Below are positions 10,286-23,224 of a DNA stretch of 64,000 bases, in pieces. The notes beneath the pieces were generated by a model, which made no database searches, was not told where the DNA came from, and was given only the letters and a program-made list of their open reading frames with translations. Location of the stretch: the IMG/VR virus record IMGVR_UViG_3300045988_125206, one strand, 5' to 3'. Origin of the DNA: a virus. How positions within the stretch are numbered: the stretch's first letter is position 1; each line of letters opens with the position of its first letter. The position numbers and the translations under genes were made by a program.

Positions 10286-10588
10286 TTAACCTGGGATAAC
10301 TCTTACGCAAGTTCCAAGTAATCCGAACTGCTCATTTACCCAGTTACAAAGATATACTTGAGCCTCGCCGCCATCTTTCTTACATTCTTTAAGAATGTCC
10401 TCATACATAGGAATAGGCATTTTATATTCAAACTGCATACCAGCTCTGATTTCTTTTGGAGCTACATACTGACGAGCAACTTTTGCTACTCTACTTTCTT
10501 TCTTTTTAGTTTTCTTCTTTGTAAAATTGTTTACCTTATAATTTTTCTTGCTATAATTTTTTTCACTCTTCATCATCATCCCAAGCAC
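10286..10588 (-). CDS. hypothetical basic protein
   Basis: 100-aa lysine-rich ORF. Confidence 0.4.
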   Translation of the reverse strand: MLGMMMKSEKNYSKKNYKVNNFTKKKTKKKESRVAKVARQYVAPKEIRAGMQFEYKMPIPMYEDILKECKKDGGEAQVYLCNWVNEQFGLLGTCVRVIPG

Positions 10589-12104
10589 CTTTCTCTACAA
10601 TAATTTTTATATCATCCATGTTAATAAGTTCATAATCATATGTAGTACAGAACATAGGCTGGATTCTACAAGTTCCTAAATCTGCTTTACACCACATAAT
10701 AATTCCTTTATATCTACCACGTCTATTCTTATAAACAGACATTTTAATAGTAGGCTTTTCAAAGATATTTGAAGAAAGAATTGAATCAAGAGCATCAATA
10801 TCTTCTTCTTTAACACTTAATAAAATTGAACCATAGTCAATCTTATCAGCAATAGATTTTGCACCACGAAGTAAATTTTGGTCAGGAGTTTTTGCTTCTT
10901 GATAATCTCCATTTAACTGCGTTGCAGACATAATAAAAACTCCATATTGATTGCAAATATCTTTTAATTTATTTGATAACATAAACAAGATATTATCTTC
11001 ACGAAGTTTAACTCCACCACTTCTTTTTGTGATTTCTTCCAAAATTTTCAAACTGGTATGAATATAATCGTGAAAAATATACTTAACATCATGGTCACGA
11101 ATATTTTTCTTAATTACATTTTCAACATCTTTTAATGAAAAATCTGGTAATTCTTCTACATATAGTGGGCTACTTTCAAGAATCTCTCCAGCCTTAATGA
11201 CTCGTTCTTCTTCATCGCCCTTATACTCACCATTAATAATATGCTCTTCATTTACATTAGAAAGAAAAGCTAACATCATTGTCTGAATTTCTTCAAGCTC
11301 CTGCTCTGTTGTAATAAACAAAGTTGGTTCAGATGTACCATTTTTAATCCATCCAAAAGACTCATCATATATCTTATTACAAGCTATATTACAAGCATCT
11401 GCAATCATTGAACGAGTCTTACCTATACCAGTTGCCGCAGATCGTAAATAAAACTTCTTTAATCTTGCTCCACGAGTAACTGTATTTACTAACCTTCCAT
11501 AAAGAGGTACTCCTACTTCTGGATGATCTTTAAATTTCTGAATTAATTGTAAAACACCTTTTCCAGCTTGAATAGCTTCTCCAGTAGTATCATCAACATA
11601 TTTTAAACGAATATCACTTATCTTGCGGTCAACCTTATCCGCAATTTCCTCTAAAGAAGAATTATCTAACAAATCTTCTTGAAGCTGTTTCTTTTTTATA
11701 TCTAAGATATTATCTGGGTCATAGATATCAGAAACATCTACTCCATAATTATCATATGCTCTTAATAATGTCATCTTTTTTAATCTATTATAATAGAAAT
11801 CAAAAGACAACTGAGATGCGACATCAGCTACTTTTAATAGCCATTTATCACCATCGTTTTTCTTATATATTGCCGCAGATTTTGGTCTTGAACTTAAAAA
11901 ATCCGCTAAATTCTCTAACGTAATGGTTTTTGCTCCAAGTTCATAAATTTTATAAATAGCACCAAATACAGTTCGATGAAACTCATCTGGGAAATCTTCA
12001 TCTGTAATGGTATATTTATCTTCAAACTCCAAAATCTGAGGATTATTATAAACACATCCAATTACCTGCATTATTGCAGTCACATCGACATACTTACTCG
12101 CCAC
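10563..12104 (-). CDS. DnaB-like replicative DNA helicase
   Basis: RecA-like core LRSAATGIGKTRSMIADACNIA (Walker A). 513 aa with an N-terminal DnaB-like domain. Confidence 0.8.
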   Translation of the reverse strand: MASKYVDVTAIMQVIGCVYNNPQILEFEDKYTITDEDFPDEFHRTVFGAIYKIYELGAKTITLENLADFLSSRPKSAAIYKKNDGDKWLLKVADVASQLSFDFYYNRLKKMTLLRAYDNYGVDVSDIYDPDNILDIKKKQLQEDLLDNSSLEEIADKVDRKISDIRLKYVDDTTGEAIQAGKGVLQLIQKFKDHPEVGVPLYGRLVNTVTRGARLKKFYLRSAATGIGKTRSMIADACNIACNKIYDESFGWIKNGTSEPTLFITTEQELEEIQTMMLAFLSNVNEEHIINGEYKGDEEERVIKAGEILESSPLYVEELPDFSLKDVENVIKKNIRDHDVKYIFHDYIHTSLKILEEITKRSGGVKLREDNILFMLSNKLKDICNQYGVFIMSATQLNGDYQEAKTPDQNLLRGAKSIADKIDYGSILLSVKEEDIDALDSILSSNIFEKPTIKMSVYKNRRGRYKGIIMWCKADLGTCRIQPMFCTTYDYELINMDDIKIIVEKGAWDDDEE

Positions 12105-12621
12105 CTTCAGCTTCCTCCTCGTCTAAAAATGCAAATAATCTCCGTTTTCTCAAATTCCTTTTTGGGGGTTCGATTTTTATAACTTTTTCTTTTGAAACAA
12201 ATTCTTGAACATCTTTATCTTGATTTTTTTGATTCGCTTCCCAAATGGAATAATAATAATTAAAAGCATCTTTATAAACATAAGGAACGATACCTATGCC
12301 GCCATTTGCTTTTTCTGTAGAATTACCTTTTATCTCATAAAAATAAACTAAAGCTTTTCTAATTCCCGAATAAGTATATTGGTATTGTTCAATGTATGTA
12401 TTTATTTGTTTTCTAACTCTTGGAGTTATAAAGTCATCGCCCAACAATTTAATAATATATTCTTCTAAAGCTATTTTATCAGCTTCTTCTTGCTTTAATC
12501 GACTTTGCTCTTTACTTGCACACTCAGTATGAGCATATCTTCTTGGTGAGACCTGAACAAAAGAATATTTATCTCTATCAAACGTTTGATGACAATATAT
12601 ACATTTTACTTTATGTGCCAA
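12094..12621 (-). CDS. zinc-finger protein, function unknown
   Basis: N-terminal CIYCHQ...HTEC motif. Confidence 0.45.
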   Translation of the reverse strand: MAHKVKCIYCHQTFDRDKYSFVQVSPRRYAHTECASKEQSRLKQEEADKIALEEYIIKLLGDDFITPRVRKQINTYIEQYQYTYSGIRKALVYFYEIKGNSTEKANGGIGIVPYVYKDAFNYYYSIWEANQKNQDKDVQEFVSKEKVIKIEPPKRNLRKRRLFAFLDEEEAEGGE

Positions 12622-12655
12622 ATATTCTTACTCCTTTCTCCCAATCTATAATAAT

Positions 12656-12684
12656 ATTATATCATTTTTCAATAAAAAAGTCAA
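12656..12684 (-). promoter_or_regulatory. consensus promoter copy (TTGACT-17-TATAAT)
   Basis: Minus strand reads TTGACTtttttattgaaaaatgaTATAAT, upstream of ORF 12094..12621. Confidence 0.65.
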
Positions 12685-12724
12685 TCCAAGGATATAACTT
12701 GGATTGACTTTAAGATTATATATC

Positions 12725-13744
12725 TTAGCTATGCATTAATTCATCTTCAATCTCAGTTACAATTAAGTTAATCATCTCAACTTGCTCTGGAGTTGCATCC
12801 GCAATTTTACGACCTTTACCAAGATATTTCTCAATAATCTTTGTAATCTTAGGTCCATTAGCTTCAGAAGTTTGCATTAAATTACCAACTAACTCCTGGA
12901 ACTTATTCATTAATGCATCATAATTTAATTCCTCTTTCTCAACAGGTTTTTCACGTTCATCTGTAACATACTGATTACCATGCTCAAGAGCTTCTTTATC
13001 AATAGCCTTATGAATCTCTTCTACAAGATTATCATAACTCATTGGAAACTCACTTGCGATATATTTAAAACGACCACCACAGCTAATAGAATCATCTGGA
13101 CAACGAAGTGTTAATACAGACATTTCGTTCTTATTAGACTGATGAGCATATCCATAAATATCAGCCATACCTTCAATAACCTGTCTTGTTGAATTACTAA
13201 GCGCAGGACGAATTACAATTCTTTCTGTTCCATCATCATTTGTAATTGTCTGCTCTTTGTGGTGACCAATGAAAAATACTGCGTATCCTAATTGAGTTAA
13301 ACCTCTAAATACATCATTAAATTCATCTTTAAAAGCAGTCCAACCTTTTCCGTATCCAAGGTCTCCAAGAGCCTCAATACCTTTTTGCTGACAAATATAT
13401 TTCTGACAGAAATCAGAAGCAATATCAATAGTATCAACAACTACGGCATCAAAATTAGCCTTAACTTCTGGCTTTTTAAGCTCTCTCATAACCTGTTTCA
13501 TATCTCCCCAAGAAGTAACATCCTGAGCAATTACACCAGGCAATGCGTTATATCCACGTTCAAAAGCGAGTAAAAGTGTTTTTGGCATCTGAACTGCTAA
13601 AGTTGTTTTTCCTGTTTTAGGAGCCCCATAGATGTAAGTGATATATCCACTTAAATCTTTACTAACTTTATGTGGCTCAATATTTAATAAATTAATTCCC
13701 ATTCTTTTCTCCTTCTTACGGCATTGGCATCCGACCACCCGCAA
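12725..13744 (-). CDS. AAA_24/Sak4-like RecA-family ATPase (recombination)
   Basis: Walker A YIYGAPKTGKTT. Walker B VVVDTID. The true start is probably the internal MGINLL. Confidence 0.6.
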   Translation of the reverse strand: MRVVGCQCRKKEKRMGINLLNIEPHKVSKDLSGYITYIYGAPKTGKTTLAVQMPKTLLLAFERGYNALPGVIAQDVTSWGDMKQVMRELKKPEVKANFDAVVVDTIDIASDFCQKYICQQKGIEALGDLGYGKGWTAFKDEFNDVFRGLTQLGYAVFFIGHHKEQTITNDDGTERIVIRPALSNSTRQVIEGMADIYGYAHQSNKNEMSVLTLRCPDDSISCGGRFKYIASEFPMSYDNLVEEIHKAIDKEALEHGNQYVTDEREKPVEKEELNYDALMNKFQELVGNLMQTSEANGPKITKIIEKYLGKGRKIADATPEQVEMINLIVTEIEDELMHS

Positions 13745-13925
13745 TTTTTATTTTAATTAATTCTTACAACATCTTTTAAAATTTCACAATTAGGATTTGC
13801 ACTGTCACCATTATAAAATTCATTTTGTATATAAATATCTTCTTTTGATATAATTCCCATATCATTTACTACAATCGCATCTTTTGGATACGACTGTAGT
13901 AAAATAATTAATTCAGAAACTGTCA

Positions 13926-14873
13926 TTAGAAGTTAAATGCGCCGCCGCCCTTTGTAGGAGTTGCAGAAGTTGGAGCAGCTGCCTGTCCTTTAGAAGCTTT
14001 ATACTCGTCCTGACGTTTCTTTACATCAGCAAGATAAACTTCTCTGTTTGCAAGAGCTTCAGTCAGCTCTGCCGCAGTAATTGTGCTTGCATCATCCCAT
14101 ACATATGGATCTGGAAGAGCCCAAGTGATAACCCAATCTTTTCTATTAGACTGAACTGTTCTTACATAAGGCTCACCAAATGCAGACTCTTCAGTAATTG
14201 TACGAGTAATTACTTCAGATACTTGACGACCTTTTACTTTTGTAAATACAGGTTCTTTTGCAGATGCACCAAGTCCCTCAAAATAAGAGATAGCTCCTGG
14301 ATTAATTGCTGAAAATTCAACAGGAAGAACTGCGCCTCTGAAATCGAAAATTGCACCTTTGATAATAGCTTTCTCAGGAGTATTCTGCTCTTCATTTGCG
14401 TCAATAGTTCTTACATTTGTAATAAGAATATCAGCTTCAAAAGTATTTCTCATTTTCTCATCTTCATTCAAATCTACACAAGTATGAACGAATCCGCCCT
14501 CATTTCTTTTAACAGAAATAAGTTTTTCTTCACCATTTTTATCAGAATAAAACTCATTTAAACCAACTGCAGAATCAACACGAACTTTTGCAGCATTCTC
14601 TTTACCATGCTCCATTACAGAACCAAGTTCTCCATTGATAATCTGATTGAGAATACCAAATGTAGCATTGGAATTTCCTTTTGCAGTTGTTGCTGTTACA
14701 TATGTAAAATGAACAGGTACAATATTTGTCATATCATTATCAGTGGCAATACTAAGATTACCCATAATAAATTTAGTTCCTGGATGTTTTGAATTTGCAC
14801 CAGACTCTCTTAACTGTAAGTCATGCTCATAAATAAAACCTTCCAAATGACTTCTATTCACCATACTCTTCAT
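13926..14873 (-). CDS. hypothetical protein, possibly an ssDNA-binding protein
   Basis: It sits between the Sak4-like ATPase and a regulator in the replication module. No diagnostic motif was found, so the call is by position only. Confidence 0.3.
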   Translation of the reverse strand: MKSMVNRSHLEGFIYEHDLQLRESGANSKHPGTKFIMGNLSIATDNDMTNIVPVHFTYVTATTAKGNSNATFGILNQIINGELGSVMEHGKENAAKVRVDSAVGLNEFYSDKNGEEKLISVKRNEGGFVHTCVDLNEDEKMRNTFEADILITNVRTIDANEEQNTPEKAIIKGAIFDFRGAVLPVEFSAINPGAISYFEGLGASAKEPVFTKVKGRQVSEVITRTITEESAFGEPYVRTVQSNRKDWVITWALPDPYVWDDASTITAAELTEALANREVYLADVKKRQDEYKASKGQAAAPTSATPTKGGGAFNF

Positions 14874-14915
14874 ATTATTCTATTCTCCTTAATTATATTT
14901 ATTCTTTTTATTTAA

Positions 14916-15299
14916 TTAGTCATTAATATTAACTGTTTTTCCATTATCTGTTAAAGCATAGACAACTGGGTCTGACCCAATCTTCTCAACATAGCCATCT
15001 TTAACAAGTTTTTGAATTGCACCAGATACAGTTCTTGAAGAAACAAACATTCCTTCCGCAATATCTTTTGCTTTACCCATTGGCATATCAGAAACATGCT
15101 CCTGCATATATTTTAAAATCATCTTTCCATTATCAGTAAATAATGGTTTATCAGAAGTACCTTTTCCTTTAAAAGCCTCCCAATAAGCAATTACATCTGG
15201 GTCAACATCTGCCATATCTAAATCTGCAAATAATGAATCTATACATTCAATAAATTTTTCTTTTTTACTCATTTCTTTTAACTCGCTTTCATCTTTCAT
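14916..15299 (-). CDS. winged-helix DNA-binding protein (putative transcriptional regulator)
   Basis: SSRTVSGAIQKLVKDGYVEK resembles a wHTH recognition helix. Confidence 0.5.
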   Translation of the reverse strand: MKDESELKEMSKKEKFIECIDSLFADLDMADVDPDVIAYWEAFKGKGTSDKPLFTDNGKMILKYMQEHVSDMPMGKAKDIAEGMFVSSRTVSGAIQKLVKDGYVEKIGSDPVVYALTDNGKTVNIND

Positions 15300-15310
15300 T
15301 TTATAAGTAT

Positions 15311-15339
15311 ATTATAACATTTTTTTAAATAAAAATCAA
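15311..15339 (-). promoter_or_regulatory. consensus promoter copy
   Basis: Minus strand reads TTGATTtttatttaaaaaaatgtTATAAT, upstream of ORF 14916..15299. Confidence 0.65.
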
Positions 15340-15346
15340 TATTGTT

Positions 15347-16243
15347 TTACTTACTTTCTGTTGTATTGTTGTCTGTAAAGATAAAATCGTCAGAATAAGG
15401 TAAAGAATGAGCAAATTTAATGAAACTTTCATTGATAAATTCTTCGCCATCTCCAGACCATTCTGTAAGTTTATGATGGCCTCTCTGATGAACCATAGCT
15501 AAAACGTTTTCATAATTCATTGTGACAGTTCTTGTCTGAAGCCAAGACTCTGGTAACCAACGAACGAGTTCCTTCCAGTAGCGTTTATCTTTAGTCTGCA
15601 AATAAGTGAGTCTAAGTTCTTCTAATCTGTCAATAAGGTCATCAACAAACATATCCATATGCCAATGATCTGTAAAACCATTCTCTCCAGCAAGAGATTG
15701 GTCTGTAAAATCGACAGATAAATCTTGGTCATAATCCCCAATTTCAAAACAATCTTTTGTAATTGGCTTACTTGTAAGTTTATGCATTGTAGAAGTTGAA
15801 TTAGCTGTAGTACCTACTTTATAAGTATCAAATTCTTTCCACCAATAAAGTGGGGCTGTAATGTCAACTGTTACCATAATTTGTCTTAAAAATTTTCTAT
15901 GCTCGGAACCGCCATTAATAAGAGCCTTAGCAAGCTTCATATCATTTGGACCAATAAAAGCGACACTGGCTAATTGATGGTCAAGATTAATTTCAAGAAT
16001 ACCATTATTTAAAAGCCATCTATCATATTCTTCTTGAGCCATAAGAGCATCATTATCTGCTTCAGATGGATAATTAGAAAATTTCTTCTGAACCCATTCT
16101 TCAGCAACTTCATAATCATGCTCATCATCATCTATATTGATAAGCCCAAAATAACTATCACTTAAATTCCAAGAATTTTTTGGATTTCTCATTCCTCTTA
16201 AAGCATTTTCAAAATTATAAACTTTTATATTTTCAAATTTCAT
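15347..16243 (-). CDS. hypothetical protein
   Basis: 298-aa ORF. No recognisable motif. Confidence 0.45.
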   Translation of the reverse strand: MKFENIKVYNFENALRGMRNPKNSWNLSDSYFGLINIDDDEHDYEVAEEWVQKKFSNYPSEADNDALMAQEEYDRWLLNNGILEINLDHQLASVAFIGPNDMKLAKALINGGSEHRKFLRQIMVTVDITAPLYWWKEFDTYKVGTTANSTSTMHKLTSKPITKDCFEIGDYDQDLSVDFTDQSLAGENGFTDHWHMDMFVDDLIDRLEELRLTYLQTKDKRYWKELVRWLPESWLQTRTVTMNYENVLAMVHQRGHHKLTEWSGDGEEFINESFIKFAHSLPYSDDFIFTDNNTTESK

Positions 16244-16246
16244 TCT

Positions 16247-16576
16247 TTATTTACCTCTGATTTTTGTATCATAACTAATTGAATATGGTTTCATATCTTC
16301 CGCTTTAATTGATAAGCTTTCAGTAGTAGTTGTTACTGTTGGCGTTGGTGTACTAATTTTAGCATTAGTAGTAACGTCTGGATTGTTTAATAAAGTTACA
16401 TTACCATTTGACACAGTTGTCCAATAGTAAGGATTTGGACGATTAGGGTAAGTTGGTATAGGTCTATCTCCTTCATGGTAACCTTCCCAATAAGCTTCAT
16501 TTAAAAGCTCTTGAAGTTCTTTCTGTGTTAAAGTAATATAACCTTTTTGGTCAGTTGTAAATACTTTAATCTTCAT
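16247..16576 (-). CDS. hypothetical protein
   Basis: 109-aa ORF. Confidence 0.4.
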   Translation of the reverse strand: MKIKVFTTDQKGYITLTQKELQELLNEAYWEGYHEGDRPIPTYPNRPNPYYWTTVSNGNVTLLNNPDVTTNAKISTPTPTVTTTTESLSIKAEDMKPYSISYDTKIRGK

Positions 16577-16859
16577 TTGATACTGTAAATCCTTTCAACT
16601 TAAAATGATTTTTCATTAATATATAATAAGAAAATTGTTCAATATTATCAACAAAGACCTCTTTAGCCGTATCAGATTTATCTCCTGCGGTAATGGCCTC
16701 TTGATAACCAATAAAATCAATTCCAGTTATTCCATAAGAATAAGCTCTTTCTCTCATATCTTGCGGACACTGACAAATAATCGAAACACCGGCCTCTTTT
16801 GCAAGTAAAAATAATCGAGAAGTTTTTCCTGTTCCTCGTCCATCAATAATTCTATACAT
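16566..16859 (-). CDS. small P-loop protein
   Basis: IIDGRGTGKTSRL is Walker-A-like. Confidence 0.4.
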   Translation of the reverse strand: MYRIIDGRGTGKTSRLFLLAKEAGVSIICQCPQDMRERAYSYGITGIDFIGYQEAITAGDKSDTAKEVFVDNIEQFSYYILMKNHFKLKGFTVSNED

Positions 16860-16873
16860 AACAATTTTCTCCT

Positions 16874-17866
16874 TTATTTAATACTATAACCAAATTCTTT
16901 TGCTTTAAAAAAATCTTGCCAATAATCTTCTCTATCATTTAATTGAGATTTTGTACATTCTTCAATAATTTCAAATGAAAAATTTTCAACTCCAACAGTC
17001 TGCATAATAGGATAAAGTTTATTGCGGGTCGGAGTATCTGCGCCCAATCCACGCTTAATATGCTGTTTCCAACGTTCAGCAATATTCGTACTCTGTCCGA
17101 CATAACACATATTATTTTGTAAATTTGTGATTTTATAAATGCCGCAATGAACGCCAGAACCAATTACCCTACCAATTAAATCAGTATAAGGTTTTTCATA
17201 ATATGTTTTCCATATAACCTTATTAACGGGCTCAGGATTTCTAAAATGAGAAATAATTTTTCTTAATTCACAAATTTCATCTAAATCATCTTGAGTCAAA
17301 TTTAATTTGTAAAAATCAGTTTTATTCTTATTCTCTTCATTGCGCTTATCATATGCAACTGCGGCCTCTACCTTATGCCGCAAATCTTCTAACTGAGATT
17401 CTTCAAATTGAATTTTTTCATTTAATTTCTTTATCTTTTGGACACTCTCTTGTTCTTTATCCAAATAATCTTGTACTAAATCTTTGGCTAATTCTTCATA
17501 GCTATCTTCTAAGCTATGTTTAGTGTCCATAAAAATAGCATGAATTTCTTCTGTATCAGTATGAAATTTTTGTTTATAAAAATCAAGCATTTGTTGATAA
17601 TATTTTTTCGCACTTTCTTCTGAAGTCTTATATTCTTTATCAACATCTTGTTTTAATTGTTTATATTCTTGCAATTTTTGTTCATATTGTTCTTTTAAGT
17701 AATCCGTTCTTTGCTCCATTGCTTGTAACTCAAATTGAACGGCTTTATTCTTTTCAAGAATTTCTTTATCTTCCTCTTGAGTAACTTTGACTTTTGGTTG
17801 CATAAACAGATATACTAACCCAGCCCCCAATATAAGACAAAAAATTGCTATAATTGCAGTAATCAT
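16874..17866 (-). CDS. DUF4041/T5orf172-like protein (N-terminal TM helix and coiled coil, C-terminal GIY-YIG-like domain)
   Basis: N-terminal hydrophobic helix. Long EK-rich coiled coil. C-terminal GIYKITNLQNNMCYVGQSTNIAERWKQH. Confidence 0.6.
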   Translation of the reverse strand: MITAIIAIFCLILGAGLVYLFMQPKVKVTQEEDKEILEKNKAVQFELQAMEQRTDYLKEQYEQKLQEYKQLKQDVDKEYKTSEESAKKYYQQMLDFYKQKFHTDTEEIHAIFMDTKHSLEDSYEELAKDLVQDYLDKEQESVQKIKKLNEKIQFEESQLEDLRHKVEAAVAYDKRNEENKNKTDFYKLNLTQDDLDEICELRKIISHFRNPEPVNKVIWKTYYEKPYTDLIGRVIGSGVHCGIYKITNLQNNMCYVGQSTNIAERWKQHIKRGLGADTPTRNKLYPIMQTVGVENFSFEIIEECTKSQLNDREDYWQDFFKAKEFGYSIK

Positions 17867-17932
17867 ATTTTGTTAAAAAAAGAGATAAGTGTTACCTTAT
17901 CTCTTTTAATTTATATTACAAAAATAATTTAA

Positions 17933-18208
17933 TTACTCAGCTTCATCTTCAGCGTCTGGGTCGAAGCTCATGCCAGCTGGTGTAAGAGACAAGAACTTAA
18001 CTGCCTTATGACTTCCGTCCTCAAGCTCAACTTCTGCAGGAGTACGAACTCCAAGACCTTTTCTCTGAATAGCGGAAGTAAAGATTCCATCTACACGTTT
18101 CTTCTCAATTCCGAGTGCCTCTGCTACATCTGCTGCTGTAACCTTTGCATCTCCGATAGTCTTTAAATACTCAAATACTTTACGTGAATTTTCTTTCATT
18201 TTTGCCAT
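17933..18208 (-). CDS. hypothetical protein with acidic C-terminal tail
   Basis: 91-aa ORF with a consensus promoter upstream. Confidence 0.4.
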   Translation of the reverse strand: MAKMKENSRKVFEYLKTIGDAKVTAADVAEALGIEKKRVDGIFTSAIQRKGLGVRTPAEVELEDGSHKAVKFLSLTPAGMSFDPDAEDEAE

Positions 18209-18282
18209 AATAACAAATCTCCTTTAATTAAATAATTTTATTGTTTGTGTAATTTTTCTAAGCTCTCTTAGCTTATGTAATT

Positions 18283-18311
18283 ATTATATCAAAAAAATAT
18301 TTTTAAGTCAA
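18283..18311 (-). promoter_or_regulatory. consensus promoter copy (TTGACT-17-TATAAT)
   Basis: Upstream of ORF 17933..18208. A second copy at 18538-18566 lies upstream of ORF 18315..18503. Confidence 0.65.
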
Positions 18312-18314
18312 GAA

Positions 18315-18503
18315 TTATTTTTCTAAAATTTTTTGAACCATCTCATCGACGCGTTCCATTTCCTCTAATGAGGAGAGTTTACTGGATAAAGCAATTATCA
18401 TATCCATCGCATATTTTCTTTCCTTTTGATCAGTGGAATTCTGAATAGTTAATTCAGCTTTTGCGATTTGTTTAGCTAAATTCTTGATTTCTTTCTTATT
18501 CAT
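18315..18503 (-). CDS. hypothetical protein
   Basis: 62-aa ORF with its own consensus promoter. Confidence 0.3.
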   Translation of the reverse strand: MNKKEIKNLAKQIAKAELTIQNSTDQKERKYAMDMIIALSSKLSSLEEMERVDEMVQKILEK

Positions 18504-18557
18504 ATTTTTTTTCTATCCTTATCTTTATTACAATTTAATTATAACATTTTTTTTAAA

Positions 18558-20543
<1,986 letters not shown>

Positions 20544-22922
20544 TTAAATTTTTGTCACAGAAGTAATTTCACCATTCTTAATTAACTGATTACCTGTTGC
20601 AATTCTGCTTGCAAGAGGAATATCTTTTGCGGAAATACAGATTGAACTTAATTTGCCAACAACAAGAATATTATCCTCGTCCGCAACTAAAGCACCAGAA
20701 ATAACTGTTCCTGTTTCATCTGTTGGTTTATAAATAATCAAGCCTTTTCCCGCGCGTTTCTGAAGAACTAATTCATCCATTTCAATCTTCTTTCCAAGAC
20801 CTTTAGATGAAAAGATTGCAATATAATCTGTTTTATTACGAACTGGTAATGCTGCAACTACAAAATCATCTTTCTTTAAGGTAATTCCTTTAACACCTGC
20901 TGTTGCTCTACCAGAAGCTGAAATTTCTCCAGAATTAATCTTAATTCCCATACCATTAGAGGTTAAAAGAACTAAATCTTCATCTTTAACAAGATTTACA
21001 GATACTAATGTATCATCCTCTTTAAGATTAATAGCAATAATTCCAGTCTTTTTCTTTGTATTTGTATATTCCTCTAATGAGGTTTTCTTTGTAATTCCGT
21101 TCTTTGTTACAAATAATAAATACTTCGCATCAGTATCTCTATAAATAGAATAAATTAAGTTAGGTTCTTCATCAGTATCCATCGCAATCAAAGACTTAAT
21201 TGATTGACCTTTGGATACATTTGTACCTACTGGAATATCATTTACAAGGATACGATACATTTTTCCTTTTGTTGTAAATACCATCAGAGAATCAATAGTA
21301 TTTGTGCGGATAGTAGTCTTAACAACATCACCCTGCGTTTTAACACCCTTTCCGTTTCTTCTCTGAGTTCTGAAGCTTGTAGAAGGAATACGTTTAATCA
21401 AACCATCTTCTGTCATTACAACAACACATTTTTCTGGTTCTACGTATTCAATCTCTTTTTCTTCTTTTGTAATATTTACCTGTGTGATTGTAGTTCTACG
21501 AGCATCTCCATATGAAGCTTTAATCTCTATGAAGTTCTTTTTCATCTCTGGAACTGGATTTAAAAGAATCTGATTTAATTCGCCCTCTTTAACTAACAAA
21601 GAATCTTTTTCATTTTTTATTTCAACAGACTCTAATTTTGCTAAACGAGATAATTTCATATCCAAGATTGCTTTAGATTGTGCTTCACTAAGATTATATT
21701 TATTCATAAGAACAACTTTAGCTTCAGCCGCACTTGCAGACTTCTTAATAAGTGAAATGATATTATCAATATCCTCTAAAGCAATAAGCAATCCTTCAAG
21801 AATATGAATTTTAGCCTGTACTTTTTCAATATCAAATTTAGTCTTTCTTAAAAGAACATCTTTCTGATGTTCAATATAATTTTCTAACAACTGTTTAATA
21901 TTCAGCAGTCTTGGTTTCTTATCAACTAACGCAACCTGATTAAATGAATATGTATCTTCAAGTCGTGTAGATTTGAATAATTTTGCGATAATCGGTGCCG
22001 CAGATATTCCTTTACCAAGTTCAATTACGAAACGTACACCATCTCTATTGGATTCATCTCTAATGGCTGTTACACCATTAAGCTCGCCATCCTCACAAAG
22101 TTTATCAATTTCAACTGTTAATGTCTCTTTAGATACTTTATAAGGAATTGAAGTAAAAACAATACTATCTCCATTTTTAGAAGATTCGATTGTATATTCA
22201 CCTCTTAATCTTGCACGACCTTTTCCTGTAAGATAAGCTGTCTCAAGTTCATCTTTATTAATAAGTAATCCACCTGTTGGAAAATCTGGGCCTTTAATAT
22301 AATTTAAAAGTTCTCTAATATCACATTCTGGATTTTCCAAAAGATGAATAGCTGCATCCATAACTTCTGATAAATTGTGTGGTGCAAATGAGCAAGCCAT
22401 TGCCCATGCGATTCCAGAAGTACCATTTACAATAAGATTTGGAATGCGGCCAGGTAAATAAATTGGTTCCTGCTCCTCATCTGTATAAGCATTCATCCAA
22501 TCAACTGTATTCTTTTTAATATCTGCAAGCATTTCTTCTCCAAGTTTAGAAAGCTTACATTCTGTATATCTGTATGCAGCCGGTTCATCACCATCTCGGC
22601 TTCCGTTATTACCATGCCAAGAAATGAGTGGATATCTCATGTTCCATTCCTGTGACATCCATACTAATGCACCATAAATAGAACTATCACCATGTGGATG
22701 AAATCTACCCATTGTATCTCCGACTGGCTGAGCACACTTTACAAATTTCTTATTATTCATAAAACCTTTATCAAACATATCATATAAAATACGTCTATTA
22801 ACAGGTTTTAATCCATCCTCTGCTGAAGGTAAAGCTCGATCTGAAATGATACTCATTCCATAATCAAGTAAACTCTGTTCAATTTCATCTTTAATATTTA
22901 CTTGAATAATATTCTCACTCAT
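20544..22922 (-). CDS. DNA topoisomerase II / gyrase A-like subunit
   Basis: Active-site region AAYRYTECKL (compare AAMRYTEARL). GyrA N-terminal and beta-pinwheel-like C-terminal part. Confidence 0.9.
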   Translation of the reverse strand: MSENIIQVNIKDEIEQSLLDYGMSIISDRALPSAEDGLKPVNRRILYDMFDKGFMNNKKFVKCAQPVGDTMGRFHPHGDSSIYGALVWMSQEWNMRYPLISWHGNNGSRDGDEPAAYRYTECKLSKLGEEMLADIKKNTVDWMNAYTDEEQEPIYLPGRIPNLIVNGTSGIAWAMACSFAPHNLSEVMDAAIHLLENPECDIRELLNYIKGPDFPTGGLLINKDELETAYLTGKGRARLRGEYTIESSKNGDSIVFTSIPYKVSKETLTVEIDKLCEDGELNGVTAIRDESNRDGVRFVIELGKGISAAPIIAKLFKSTRLEDTYSFNQVALVDKKPRLLNIKQLLENYIEHQKDVLLRKTKFDIEKVQAKIHILEGLLIALEDIDNIISLIKKSASAAEAKVVLMNKYNLSEAQSKAILDMKLSRLAKLESVEIKNEKDSLLVKEGELNQILLNPVPEMKKNFIEIKASYGDARRTTITQVNITKEEKEIEYVEPEKCVVVMTEDGLIKRIPSTSFRTQRRNGKGVKTQGDVVKTTIRTNTIDSLMVFTTKGKMYRILVNDIPVGTNVSKGQSIKSLIAMDTDEEPNLIYSIYRDTDAKYLLFVTKNGITKKTSLEEYTNTKKKTGIIAINLKEDDTLVSVNLVKDEDLVLLTSNGMGIKINSGEISASGRATAGVKGITLKKDDFVVAALPVRNKTDYIAIFSSKGLGKKIEMDELVLQKRAGKGLIIYKPTDETGTVISGALVADEDNILVVGKLSSICISAKDIPLASRIATGNQLIKNGEITSVTKI

Positions 22923-23200
22923 TAAGACTCTCCCTTATCAAATAATTCTTTATAATATTGCATCTTTACATCCATCAAACTTTCATCTATAACTCTTTCT
23001 ATAAAATTATAAATTGAATCAGCACTAACAACAACATCTTCTGATGGAACATATAAATAACCAGAACCAGTATTTAAAAGAGGATTTTGTTTATGATATT
23101 CTTTCATATATTTATCATATTCTTCTTTTGTCATAGGTTCTTCAACTGATTTAACAAATTGTAGTAATTGTTTTTTTAACTGCTCTTTATTCTTATCCAT
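22922..23200 (-). CDS. hypothetical protein
   Basis: 92-aa ORF. Confidence 0.4.
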   Translation of the reverse strand: MDKNKEQLKKQLLQFVKSVEEPMTKEEYDKYMKEYHKQNPLLNTGSGYLYVPSEDVVVSADSIYNFIERVIDESLMDVKMQYYKELFDKGES

Positions 23201-23224
23201 ATATAATATATTACCATAAAAAAA